DNA of 64,000 nt from Octopus vulgaris (Eukaryota). Position 1 is the first letter of the stretch, and each line of letters begins with the position of its first letter. The stretch lies in NCBI GenBank assembly GCA_951406725.2, contig OX597832.1, positions 40,982,001 to 41,046,000 of the forward strand, read 5' to 3'. Shown one piece after another: positions 10,991 through 23,697 of the stretch. A program made the translations under genes and the position numbers. Below the pieces are notes generated by a model, which made no database searches, had not been told where the DNA came from, and saw nothing but the letters and a program-made list of their open reading frames with translations.

Positions 10991-11369
10991 ATTTGATACA
11001 GTTTATAGAGAGTAGATATGGCTTACAATATTTTTCACAATATCTCTCTACCAAAGGAAGTTACCATAAATTTTATAAATCATTTTTATTCGAGTCTGTA
11101 TAAGAGATAAAAGCATCAACTTTATTTCTACTGTTTCCATAGAATTTCTCCAACATAATGTTGCTCCATTTCAGTACAGGAACTTGAAAGATTTGTCAAT
11201 AACAGACCTGAAAAGATATATACACAAATAAGTATTATATAGGCATGTGTACAATGCATGCAAGAAAAGAGTTTAATTTAATACATTCCATATCTACATC
11301 CTCTTGTCGTTTTGTTATTTGCTATATTTAATGTTTGGTTATTAATGTTCAACTTTTGATGTTCAAATT

Positions 11370-11650
11370 TGACTATATATCTATACATACATATAATAAT
11401 ATAAATAATATATTAATATATGCATAAATACATACATATATGTACATACCTACATATATATGTATATATACATGCATATGTGGGTACAGGACATAAAAAA
11501 AAATGTTGAACACAATGAGAAACGAAAACATAGAAACGAACTTTATTTCAAACAACAAAAATAAAATCAGAGTACAAGACATACAACACAAGGAATATTC
11601 CCCTTCTTCAGTTGCCCCTGTTTCGGCTACTCTGCGTTTCAAAGGTAAGG
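11370..11650 (-). repeat. Dispersed AT-rich repeat with Penelope-like tail features
   Basis: Homologous to about 51930-52180 (shared gaaacaggggcaRctgaWgaa...ttccttgt...tgtactctg block). Confidence 0.6.
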
Positions 11651-13486
11651 AAATATATATATATATATATATATATATACAAAATTAGAAAATGGAGAAA
11701 CATACTTAAATCAATCAAATATCAACCATCAGATAATACCCAATCAATACTTTATTACACCATTACATAACAGCAAAGACATTATACAAAATATATTGTA
11801 AATATAATTAGACAAGGAAATAGAAATATAAAATACAATTATATCATATCTGACAGCTGTTTCGGTCGTGAGTACATATATAAGATAGATAGACATACTC
11901 TGTTGTGTGTGCGAGAGAGAGAAAGAGAGTAAGAGAAATAAAAAGAGAGATTTGTATGTGGTATGTAATATATATATATATATATATATATATATTCCAG
12001 TTGTATCAGCACCAAGCAGTGTTTAGACATAAGCGAACTTTAGTTGAAATATGTTTGTGACAGATTTCAACTTCTAAAGGTAAATTCACTGCAGTTACTG
12101 AGTGAGAGCTTATAAGAATAGTGTGTATGTGTGTGTGTCTGTGTGTGTGTGTATTTGACCCCCCCAACATCGCTTGACAACCTATGCTGGTGTGTTTATG
12201 TCCCCGTCACTTAGCGGTTCGGCAAAAGAGACCGATAGAATAAGTACTAGGCTTACAAAGAAAAAGTCCTGGGGTCACTTTGCTCGACTAAAGGCGGTGC
12301 TCCAGCATGGCCACAGTCAAATGACTGAAACAAGTAAAAGATTAATGTCTTATGTGTTTCTTTTCCCTTCTTTTATTATTATTTTTTTTCCTCCCTCCAA
12401 GTTGAGGCCAGAAACAACTTGCAGCTTTGTCATTGTGGAAACTGCAGTCCTGTGCTTTTCCACAGTCATCATTTCTGAAACAGTTCTATAATTTTATTCT
12501 TATTATTATACAACATGTGACAAACGGTGGGTAATTTACGTAATAAAGAGAGAAAGACACACAGTAACCCCGTCCAAATCTTATTTCCCAGTGTTCTCTT
12601 CGGTTGCAAAGAAAAAACTGTGAGCTACCATGACATGTTTAATGGCAATTGTAACATACATGTATGTCGAAATTCACTTTAATTAGTCGTAGTCTTCTAT
12701 TATTATTGATTCTATTCAGTGCTGAGTCGCTTTATAGAAATATTAAATCAACTTCTGCACTCGTTTAGGACTTTATTCCATCAACCGCGGAAGAATGATG
12801 GAAGGCGGGATATAAATTCAGTAACAGGCCGTGACTAAATAGTTCAAGCATTTTTATCCAACGTCCAATCGATTTTGTCGGTATTGGTAAACTATTTTGT
12901 GAAATTTAATAATAACAAAGGTCGATCGTGGAGAAAGTTTTATAGTAAACCTTCATATTACGAACTAACCGTCTTTTGAGCAGTTTTCCATTCGAATTCG
13001 AATCTGCTGATAACAAGTTTTTTGTTCCACGGAGAAATTTCGGGATTTGTACCCAATTTACCAAAAGAATTAACTTTTTTTTTTTCGATATTTATTGTAA
13101 AAACCATTTAATATTGTACATAGAACTAGAGCGAGAGATGCGATCAAAATATTATCTTCCAGTAACAATGATTTCTTCGTTAAATAGCATTAATTCTACC
13201 GAGTTTTATTACAATTTTTTTAATCAGATTTTAGAAATGCAATAATAATAAGCATGAAGTTGGTAAAATCCAACTCCGATAAAAGAACTGCTAACAACAA
13301 TGGCTACCATGCAAGCAAGCTATGTTTAGGCTTTTCCGGTGTTGTTTGAAAAATCCCGTCTTTGTCGTCCTGGATTTATTTAAAGCAAAACAAAACCAAA
13401 TGTTTTTATACCTGCGTATATACATACGTGTGTGAAAGATCACATTTTTTTTAACAATGGGTAATAATAGCATCGTCGAAACTTAC

Positions 13487-13820
13487 CAAGAACGATGGCA
13501 GATCCTTCGTGTGGTATACATTAGCAGTTTCGCTTGACTGCATATTACAGTCAGAAGTGAATGCGGCCTGTTTTCAGGCGAACGTGGCAGTTTTTTAATG
13601 CTTCAGTTTCTGTTGTCAAAACGACAAACTGGCTAAAGTCCAGTACATTAACAATGGGTCATGTATAATGAAATTTAAATTAGTTCTGACCATGAAATTA
13701 ATTGTAAATATTTATAAGTAAACTTTTATCAAACACGTTTAACACATTTTCGTTTCTATTTTTGCCTTTTGTTTCCGTCGTATTTTGTTTGTTTTGTTGT
13801 TAGTATTTTCGTTTCATATA
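13487..13820 (-). promoter_or_regulatory. Probable first non-coding exon and promoter of the zinc-finger gene
   Basis: Strong donor TTG|gtaagt at 13486; CpG-retaining, repeat-poor unique sequence at about 12500-13820 upstream of the acceptor at 11208. Confidence 0.5.
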
Positions 13821-14972
13821 CACGGAAAGAAGGGACAGCATGTCTGTGAGTCTGGGGTTGGAGTGTGTTTGTCAGTGGCTTCGTGACAATCAGTTGGGTG
13901 GCTGTTTTTGGATACAATTTAAGATGTCTGTATGTACAATAGCAGCACCATACAAAATGTGAGAGCCTTGTGAGTTTCACCTATGCTTTATAAAGGGTTA
14001 GAAGTTGTTGAAGACTGAAGTACTTTGAAATTCCAAAAAAGGGGGGCCAGTCTTTGAGCTGCAGCTTTGCAATATTGAGGATGCGTTTGCTACAAGAGAT
14101 CCTCACCAACAGTGGGACTGAGTGTTCATATGTAGCAACCTCAAAGGTTATGATTGTGATCTGTTCATGTTTGGGTGATGGGGATATTTTCATGTGTGTC
14201 ATCATCATCATCATCATTTAACGTCCACTTTTCCATGTTTGCATGAATCAGTTAAAAATTTGTTAAAACAGATTTGTCTATAACTAGACACCCTTCATGT
14301 TGCCAATTCTCACCTGTTTCCCCATATTCTTTCCATGAAAGACTGAAAACAATGTTGCCCGTATGACGAGTGAGATTGATATAACCATAATGTTCCGATG
14401 ATCTGATGAGCTAGCTTCCATTATTTGCATTGGTTTGTGGATATACAATTGCATAATGCCACACATGCATATTAATGCAAACATGTAAGCATAATTTTTT
14501 CCACACTTAAATTAATACTACATGAAGAAGGTTGCAAGATGGCCATAACCCTAAAGATGTCAAGTGGTTAAATAAATACATTCACATCTCATACCTCTTG
14601 GCTTTTATGGTTTACACATAACTCTACATTTACTATCATCATTTTATATTCACTTTTCCATGCTTGCATGCAATGGATGCATCTTCTGCAACAACACAGT
14701 GTTTTATCACCTGTTGCACTCACTCATCATCTCCTCCATGAAGTAAAATTGCCATTACTCTGATAATATCAAAGCAAATCAAATGAAATTTATACAGAAT
14801 AAAATATATTATATATGCAAACATTATACAAATTTGGAACACAAAGCAAACATTTTCAAATATATGAACAAAATATTTAATAATAAACCTTAGAGCGAGT
14901 TATATGTCATGAACAAAATATTAATTTTCAAATAATACAAAAATATGTATAGCCTAAAGGATTATTTGCTGT

Positions 14973-16210
14973 ATCCAATATTTGGTGTGACTGTCCTTGC
15001 TTTCAATGACTGCATTAAGTCTTCTGGGCATAGAGTTGACTAAATTTCCACATATGACCGATGAAATCGACCTCCATTCATCCTGAATAATATCTTTCAA
15101 CTGTGTTACATTGCACATTTTTTTTTTCTCTTCAACCTTCCTTTTCAAAACACCCCACAGATATTATATTGGGTCTTAATCAGGTGACATGGTTAGGCCA
15201 AGGCAATGCTTTTACCTTTTTATCTGATAAAAACTTAATCGTCATCTCTGAAGTGTGTTTTGGGTCATTATCGTGTTGGAATATGGAATGTCTTTCTAGT
15301 TCCTTGATGCTTTCCAACATTGTTTTCTGCAGTATGTCACAATAAAGCCTTGAATCCATTGTTCTCTCAATAAATGTGAATTCTCCCACACCAGCTGTGA
15401 CCATGCATCCCCAAGAATCCAGGTAAAAAGGTCACAGGTAAAAAAGTCACAGGAAAAAAGTCACAGTAATAAAGTCACGGGTTTTGTCCAAGGTCGGTTT
15501 TGTCTGAGGGCACTTTGTCCTAGGAGGGTTTTGTCTGGATCCCATAAATTAATTGTGACTTTTTTTCCAAGCCAAAATTATGACATTTTTCCCGTGGTTT
15601 TATTACCAGTCACCATCCCCAAAGCATAACACTTTCTCCACCGTGTTCCCCTGTAGGCACAGTGCATTTGTTGCTATTATCTTCTCTTGGTCGTTGTCAT
15701 ACTCGTTTGATACTATCTGACCCAAACAAGTTGATTTTAGTCTCCTCAGAAAAAAGAGTTTTATTCAAAAGCTCCTTCCCTTTACTCACATTGGTTTTGG
15801 CAGAAGAAAGATGACTTGATTTATGCCTGGTAGTAAGGAGAAGCTTCCTACGAGGAATGTGGACGTAAAGACCACACTGGTTCAAGCTTCAGTGAACTGT
15901 TCGGCTGGATAAACTCTTTCCACTAACAGAAGACACATCTTGGGCCAAGGATGAAGTGGTACAACACCTGTCGTCCATCACGCTACATTGGATGTGGCAA
16001 ATATCAGACGTAGTTAAAATACAAGGACAACCTGGACAATGTTTATTGCTTAGCCATCCAGTACTTTTGTACTTCTGAATTACTTTGGTAATTGTGTTTA
16101 TGCTAATATGTATTCGTTTGCTAATTAACTTTGACCCTAAACCATTCTTGTGCAAATTAAAAATAATTTTTCTTCAAATCTTCAGACAATTCTATTCCTT
16201 TTGGTGCCAT
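14973..16210 (-). pseudogene. Tc1 transposase pseudogene (frameshifts, stops, nested insertion)
   Basis: Fragments MAPKGIELSEDLKK, HKNGLGSKLISKRIHISINTITKVIQKYKSTG, LFSEETKINLFGSD, HGGESVMLWG|CM, FQHDNDPKHTS, SPD*DPI*YLWGVLKRKV and LVNSMPRRLNAVIESKDSHTKY match the canonical Tc1 DD34E motif order. Confidence 0.92.
15415..15613. mobile_element. Short non-autonomous element with 9-bp TSD (Mutator/foldback-like) nested in the Tc1 transposase
   Basis: catccccaa duplicated at 15406-15414 and 15614-15622; ends built from ~14-15-bp ggtaaaaaagtcaca subrepeats in inverted orientation. Confidence 0.8.
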
Positions 16211-18847
16211 TTTAATCACAATGAAGATTTTCACCACAATTCTGAATTGCTGCAGATGCAATAACAATGACTGGTGCAAAAATGCCAGGAGAAATAATTT
16301 ATTAGAATTGAAATTATCAGCAATATCTGAATTCAGTAAAAAAAAAAAGTGGATAAAATATTGAATATAGCAAATTTCCTTTAGGGTGTACATATTTTTG
16401 TAACGTTTGAAAATTAATATTTCATTCATATCTTTGAAAATGTTTATTGTTTTGTGTTCCAAATTTGTATAACGTTTGCATGTATAATATATTTTATTCA
16501 GTATAAATTTCATTTGATTTCCTTTGATATCATCAGAGTAATGGCACTTTTACTGAACTATTTTAGGGGTGTACATACTTCTGTGAGATACTATATATAG
16601 CGTGGATTCAATCCTCTATCGCCAAATTTCACTTAACACTTCAACAGCACTTTTCTTGTGGTAAAACAATGGATTTTCTGTGAGTGACAGCAGTTACATT
16701 TGCCAGATGCCTTTGCTAAGTGGAATTGTGTCTTTGTCACTGGACCCGTCTAACCTCTTCCAGGCCACCAAAAGCTAGAATAGAGATAACAGACCTCCAA
16801 CGAAATCTATTGCTCTCAACAATATGTCTTTCCTTCTGGTTGGTTTCGGATAGTTATAAAAGCAAGAACTCCATATACCAGAAGCAGTTGTTTCATCCCA
16901 CCACTCTCACTAACTCACTTTCTTTTCTCTATAACATTACCATCTCTATATATATATATACTACTATAAGATCATGTACATACATACATACCGACTGGAA
17001 TTAACTCTTTTTATGTCGCATGCTTTTCCATACCAACCTGTCATGGTTTTGGGTATATACAAAGTACCGATAAATAAATATTTCTTTACAACTTCAATCA
17101 CTGTTCTTCTTTCATCTTTCACATCTTACAACATGCCATTGCAATAAATGTTTCCCATTACATTGGTAACCCCAAGTTAAAGAAGTGCAGCCTCCGCATG
17201 AACAGTTGTCACATCCATCGATTACAATTGTTCAACCTGTCAAAAAACAATTGCTACTTTCTAATGCTACATTCCGATGCATTTTGCTGATATCAAGCTA
17301 AAGAACTACAATCTTCATATCAACAGTTGCTAAACCTTAAAAAAAGAATGACAACCATTGTCACCTCCAAGATGCCCTATGCTGCAATGCAATTTACGAT
17401 GCAACTTACAATGCACTTCATAACAGTGCAATACTGCTGAGGCACAAAGAATTTGCTCACTATGGAAGCCAATAAATGCATCGTTTCGACAGCTACATGC
17501 CCAGAAACTAACTGGAAGAAAATATGGAAGCCCGCACCTGCAACATTTTTACCCACGTGCTTTTCGTCTCACCCCAACATACAGACCCTGCATTGTCTAC
17601 GAACTTTTGCATGAATTTAAGACTCATAGAGACTCTCAGCAACTCTTTTCCTTTGCATGCACATTTTTTTTTCCACTTTCAGCAATAGACTTTTAAGAAA
17701 GAACACTATTTTCAGCTAAGTTTGTCATTTTTGCTTAATTTATTCTGTTTTGTATGCATTGCACACCGTTTTACTAAAACAACTAAATTCATGTGCATAT
17801 CTTTTGGAATGTTCTATATTATTATTCACATTTTGCATGTACTTTTTTTTCGTTCATTTTGGAAATATTTGTATTGTTAGACACACACTTGCTAACACTG
17901 TCACATTCATGCACCACACACGCCTTTCTCGCTTGTTTTTCATGCTCCCTGTGGCCTTATAGACGCAGCTTGCCTCTGTAAGGCCCTAGCTCAGTCACGT
18001 ATACATAGAGAAAGTTGTTTGTCCCTCGCAATGCACCAGCGTGTCACACTTTTGCTCCTGCACATTTCAAGGCATTTAATACCTCATGCACCTGCTGGCA
18101 TATTCAGCACTGCCTTAATTACTGGCATATTCAACACTGTACCCTGCATTTGTAATCAATGTACTACCACACTGCCTGGTCGCACACCTTTTTGCACACA
18201 CATGCACATGCAACTCTGTTATGCCTCTACTGCCTTGTTTTTCAACACGTCTGTGACTGCTCAACTCTTTTCCCGATTCAATGCACGTCAGATACTCACA
18301 TGCTCTATGCTCATGTTAGACATAATTGCCCTCTGTTAGACCCCTGTTTTGGTCACGTAATGAATGGAGAAAATTATCTGTCTCGTGCATCACCCCAGCA
18401 TGCTACACTCTCGTTCTTGCAAACCTCAGCAATTAACCACGACAACGACACCAGACACCTTTTACTTCCGAAAAACCTTCAAGGCATTTGACACACTGCA
18501 ATCCTGCAGGAAGACCTTCGATATCACGGATTCAGAATTCACTCACTCACTCACCTGAGCTTATTTTACAGTGAATTTTGATACGTGCACCTGCACTCAG
18601 GTATACACCCTCGTGCTCATCCACGCGCTAACTCATTTTCCGTACTGCCCAGTCACTGACCTTACATTCTAGCACGCAAAGCAACGCCGCTATTCAGACT
18701 CACTTGAATAAATATCTGTCCCATTAACCCTCAGTTGCCATGGGTATTTATTTATCCACTAACTCTCTCCCCCAAAATTCCAGTCCTTAGAAGTTTCAAA
18801 GTAATTCAAGACCCGAGAGTTTCGTGTATGGCATGCACCTATCGTAG

Positions 18848-19160
18848 AGGCGCAATGGCCCAGTGGTTAGAGCAGCGGTTAGGGCAATGATTATGACTCG
18901 CGGTTTCGATTCCCAGACCGGGCGTTGTATATGTTTATTGAGCGAAAACACCTAAAGCTTCACAAGGTTCCAGCAGGGGGTGGGGTGACGACCCCTGTTG
19001 TACTCTTTCGCCCCAACTTTCTCTCACTCTCTCTTCCTGTTTCTTGAGTAACGCTGCGATGGACTGGCATCCCGTCCGGCTGGGGCGGGGGAAACACATA
19101 CGCCACAGAAACCGGGAAACCGGGCCCATCAGCCTGACTAGGCTTGAAAAGGGCGGATAA
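18848..19160 (+). repeat. tRNA-derived SINE family D with a V-domain-like segment
   Basis: Head ggcgcaatggcccagtggttagagc...ggtttcgattccc; ctgcgatggactggcatcccgtcc segment; second copy at about 21815-22115 (-). Confidence 0.7.
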
Positions 19161-19425
19161 AAAAAATAATGCACCTATCAAACATATATATACTCATGTT
19201 TTGAGTTCTATTATCCTATATATGTACTATTAAACGTATGTGCGAGTACGTTGTGTCAACTAGTAGTCTTGATGAAGGACACCAAACTCTGTTGAAAGAA
19301 ACCAGGAATCTTTTGATTCCTACAAAAACGAGGAACTTTCAATGGTTGAAAAAAATGTGGTCAGTGAAGTTACCTCCCTTGGTCCAGTGTATGCGTATAT
19401 ATATATTTTTTTTTATTCTAAATTT

Positions 19426-19620
19426 CGGAGATGTACTCGCATAGCAAGTAATTTGATCTGAGATCGTGTGCTGAAACGAAAACAATTGCAGCGTGGAAGG
19501 TGTTTGTAAGCCATTTAAGAAACACACAAAAGCCGTTAGATAAACTTAAATGTTGAAGTGAATCGAACGGCTTTTGTGTGTTTCTTAAATGGCTTACAAA
19601 CACCTTCCACGTTGCAATTG
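19426..19620. mobile_element. Fold-back element, copy 2 (HHR-containing centre absent)
   Basis: Same 5' sequence as the 4592 copy; arms about 19482-19541 and 19562-19621; 12-bp flanking duplication tattctaaattt (19414-19425 and 19621-19632). Confidence 0.75.
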
Positions 19621-20931
19621 TATTCTAAATTTATAATTCTCTTAAATTATTATTCAATTTAGACCAAATCCACTCTGATACATTGTTTATCTATATTAGT
19701 GTTACTCAAGGTGAGGCATTGCCATATTTTAGTTACTTCGGGGAGGAGCATAAGGTAGTAACAAAATAAAACTTATAATAAAGTTACAATAAAGTTTTAA
19801 TTAAAACTTTTAAAAATAAATATACACAATGTCCACTCGTGGTTGGGCATTGTGTGTGTGTGTGTCAAATCGAAATAGTGGAGGATGAGAAACTGTAGAA
19901 TGGACCAAAACTTTCAAGCAATACGAGTTATCTCCCTTGCCTAACTTCTATTTGCAGATATCTTTCAAGAAAGTTTTTATTTTACTAATTGCTTGGATGA
20001 TATTATGCTTGAACGAAAGTATTTCCGATGAACTATATAGCATATGTGATACACATACTGTAAAACAACTATATCTACAGTTTGTTTTAACATCTCGAAT
20101 TGAGCCTGACTTAATTTTAATGTTTCTTAAGTGTATTACTAAATTGGGAACCAAATTCACGACCAGAAAATATCAAAGTACTCCAACGGTATTATTATTA
20201 TTGTTTAGAAAATTTACAATCTCTGGTGGGTGTGTAACGCTCACTCACTGAACACACCAGAGAATATGTAGCTCTGGTGGCGAAAGCTGAACCTATGAGA
20301 AGAGACAGAATGGTGACAAGAAAGGTGACGAGCTGGCAGAATTGTTGGCACGCCGAGCGAAATGCTTAGTGGTATTTCGTCTGCTGCTATGTTCTGAGTT
20401 CAAATTTCGCCGAGGTCGACTTTGCCTTTCATCCTTTCGGGGTCGGTAAATTGAGTTACTAGTTACGCACTGGGGTCAATATAATCAACTTAATCCGTTT
20501 ATCCTTCACTGGCCCTAATCCAACCATGCCCAGTCGTCTTGTTCCACAGTAATGGTGAGTGGAAATAAATCACTGACCTCCCACTGCATTATTCACACAA
20601 TGATGTTCATTCTCCAAGTGATTAAAATATTCTTCTCTTCTAAACTCAATTCTAACTCAATGCTAAGACAATTAAATACCGTTATTAATTATAGCACAGG
20701 GACAGTTAGATACAAGCCTAGAATTATATTTTCCATTTACTGTATCTAATTATATAATTTACTGTATAAAATTTACTATAATCAAGGTAATTATCTAATT
20801 AACAAGTTAGGCCAATTATTATTAATCAGTGACCTAATCTATATATGTGTGTGTGGTGTGTATTTGTATACAAAAAAAAAACTAACTGTAACTGATAATG
20901 CTGCATCATCATCATCACACACATATATATA

Positions 20932-21148
20932 TGAGGGGATGCTGAAAGGTTCTTGGCTTTAAGGATATTGCAGAAGCCCTGGTTGGAGGTCCAACCTTCA
21001 AAGGTCTTTTACAGGGCTTAGAAATACTGAAGGACTGTTGCAATAAGTGTGTGAATCTGAGAGGAGAATATGTTGCATAAAATCATAATTAACTGATCCT
21101 CCTGTATTTTCTTTTATCCAATGCCAGGAACTTTTCAGAACCCACTCA
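20932..21148 (+). mobile_element. Mariner-derived MITE
   Basis: Imperfect TIRs tgaggggatgctgaaaggttc / gaacttttcagaacccactca; internal remnant NKCVNLRGEYVA* like a mariner transposase C-terminus. Confidence 0.65.
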
Positions 21149-22395
21149 TGAGTGTGTGTGTGTATTCTGTAAATATAATTATATGCATAAGCTTATAAGC
21201 ATACACCATGTACTAGCCATAGAAAATAGTCTAATATCAGAACATGTTTTCTATAGCCAAAATACAGGGCTTATAATTATGTTTACAGAATTTTCACTAA
21301 TCACTGTTTCCTAACTTCTGCATATATATAGTAATTTCATTTGGGTGTACACTTTACCCTATGAAGCTCATCCACAGGTCTAGGTTACCAGACTGCTGAA
21401 AATCCACAAATATCGGAAGAGTTTCTGCAATTTTATTTCATTGATTTACAATTGTTTCATTGAAAATTGATCTCAAGAACATTACTGTATTAGAGTAATA
21501 CTCATGAGATTGATCTTCAAGGAAACGATTGTAAAATCAATAAAATAAAAGGACTTACTCCATTCTCCCTGGTTATCTCATTCCTTTCTGTCAAAGAATG
21601 TAGGCTTGAAATGTCAAAAACTCTTCCATTTTTCAGAGTGTCAAACTAATACACCTTATTTATTGTTCCTTTACTTGTCCCTGTCTTTTTTTTTTTTTGT
21701 ATATTTGAACCCTATATAATATATGCTCATGTGGTCACCTCATCTTTCCTTTGGTACCACTCCTCAGCCACTTTACCATTGGGATTTTATGCTTCTCGGA
21801 CTCTACCATCATGTTTGTTCCTTCTCAAGCCATGCCTGGCTCATAAGAGCCGGTTTCCCAGTTTCTTGGCATACAGGTTCCCCATCTGGACGGGACGCCG
21901 GTCCATTGCAGGTGAGCTGCATGATGCAGGAGGAAAGAGTGAGAGAAAGTTGTGGCGAAAGAGTGAGCAGAAGCTTTGCCATTACCTTCTGCCTGAGCTG
22001 CATGGAGCTTAGGTGTTTCGCTCATAAACACACACATCGTCGTCCGGTCTGAGATTGGAACCCGCGATCCCTCGACCGCGAGTCTGCTGCTCTAACCACT
22101 AGGCCATGTGCCTCCACCACTTTACCATCATGGATCTTATTGTATACTATTGTTGAGTTGTATCATACCAATCTACCATGACTTCTCAAATATTTTGAAT
22201 TTCTCAACATTCTGAACTTCTTGTGAACTTCATCCATTCTCACTTCATTTTCTTTCCTCCTTCCTTTCTGCCAAAGAGTTTAGACTCGTAACATCAAAGA
22301 CTTTTCCATTTTTCCAGGGTGTCAAATTAATATACCTTGGTTGTTGTTCTCCTACCTGTCGCTTATTTGTGTATGTGCATGTGTGTATACGTATA

Positions 22396-22773
22396 CTCTT
22401 TACTCTTTTACTTGTTTCAGTCATTTGACTGCGGCCATGCTGGAGCACCGCCTTTAGTCGAGCAAATCGACCCCGGGACTTATTCTTTGTAAGCCCAGTA
22501 CTTATTCTATCGGTTGCCGAACCGCTAAGTGATGGCGACGTAAACACATCAGCATCGGTTGTCAAGCAATGCTAGGGGAACAAACACAGACACACAAACA
22601 TACGCACATATATGGGCTTCTTTCAGCTTCCGTCTACCAAATCCACTCACAAGGCTTTGGTTGGCCCGAGGCTATAGTAGAAAACTCTTGCCCAAGGTGC
22701 CACGCAGTGGGACTGATCCCGGAACCATGTGGTTGGTAAGCAAGCTACTTGCCACACAGCCACTCCTGCACCT
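22396..22773 (-). repeat. SINE family A copy
   Basis: Full-length match to the 2960-3847 copy. Confidence 0.85.
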
Positions 22774-23089
22774 ATGTATGTATGAATATCTGTAAGAAGT
22801 TCGTTTTGCAACTACATGGATCTGATTTTGATATGAGTGCTCCTCATCCTGAGCAAGTGTTCTCTACTATAAACTCAGGTTGCCCAATGTTTTGTCAGTG
22901 AAATTAATTAACTAAAACTGCACAAGATGCCATATATGTATTGCGTTTGTGTAAACTGCTATTTCGAGAGTTACCTCCCTTTACACCAAAATCCGTTTAT
23001 TTGCTAAACGGATTGATAGAATTCCTTCTACGAGGATGAAATGGTTACTGAGATTGCAACAATCAACTAAAACCCAGCCCCCTTCATCT

Positions 23090-23330
23090 AGGACAATGCT
23101 TCTATGCATACAATCATCCTAGAACACATCCAAAAAAAGGCTGCTCGATTTATTGGCCTAAATTCGTTCATAATCATACTTCAACCTCTGACCCTACAGA
23201 CATGCTGTCTTCCCCTCTGCCTTTTCTCCTGCTTCTAAAATGGCATTTCCTTCTGGAAGCAGCTAACTGGGCCAACTGGGCCACCTCCACCTAAGTACTC
23301 CCAACCCACTCGGCTTTCCTTATTTTCATC
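23090..23330 (+). mobile_element. Decayed LINE ORF2 C-terminal fragment (L2/Crack/Jockey-like)
   Basis: ILEHIQKKAARFIGLNSFIIILQPLTL..HAVFPLCLF resembles the L-x-x-IQ-x-x-A-x-R-x-I and LQPL-x-x-RR region after the RT domain. Confidence 0.5.
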
Positions 23331-23409
23331 ATTTATAGTGTGTTCCCTATATCAATCTCCCTAGATCTGAGGGCAGGGACAGTGAGGTTGTAAAGAGATT
23401 CTATATCAT

Positions 23410-23697
23410 TGTGTATGTATGTATGCATGCATGCATATGTATGTATATATGTGTATGTATATATGTATATATATATATATATGCTTGCATATGTATATAT
23501 ATGTATATATGTATATATATGTATATATGTATGTATGTATATATATGTATGTATATACATCTATATATATAATGTATATGTATGTATGTATATATATGTA
23601 TGTATATACATCTATATATATAATGTATATGTATATATGTATGTATATACATCTCTATATATAATGTATATGTATGTATGTATATGTGTATATATAT
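23410..23697. repeat. (TA)/(TG) compound microsatellite
   Basis: Low-complexity alternating purine-pyrimidine tract; similar tracts at 35718-35858 and 43365-43780. Confidence 0.95.

Larger units (their letters stand above)
14742..16593 (-). mobile_element. Decayed Tc1-family DNA transposon with long IR/DR-type terminal inverted repeats
   Basis: TIRs about 14742-14983 and 16356-16593. The right TIR contains two ttagg(g)gtgtacata direct repeats and ends next to TA; the left TIR lacks its outer ~40 bp. Confidence 0.9.

Noticed and set aside
12174-12491. Recurrent MTTDAGVFTSPSLSGS...LKAVLQHG ORF (also 22245, 41704, 54416)
   Set aside because: Read-through of SINE family A copies, not a gene family.
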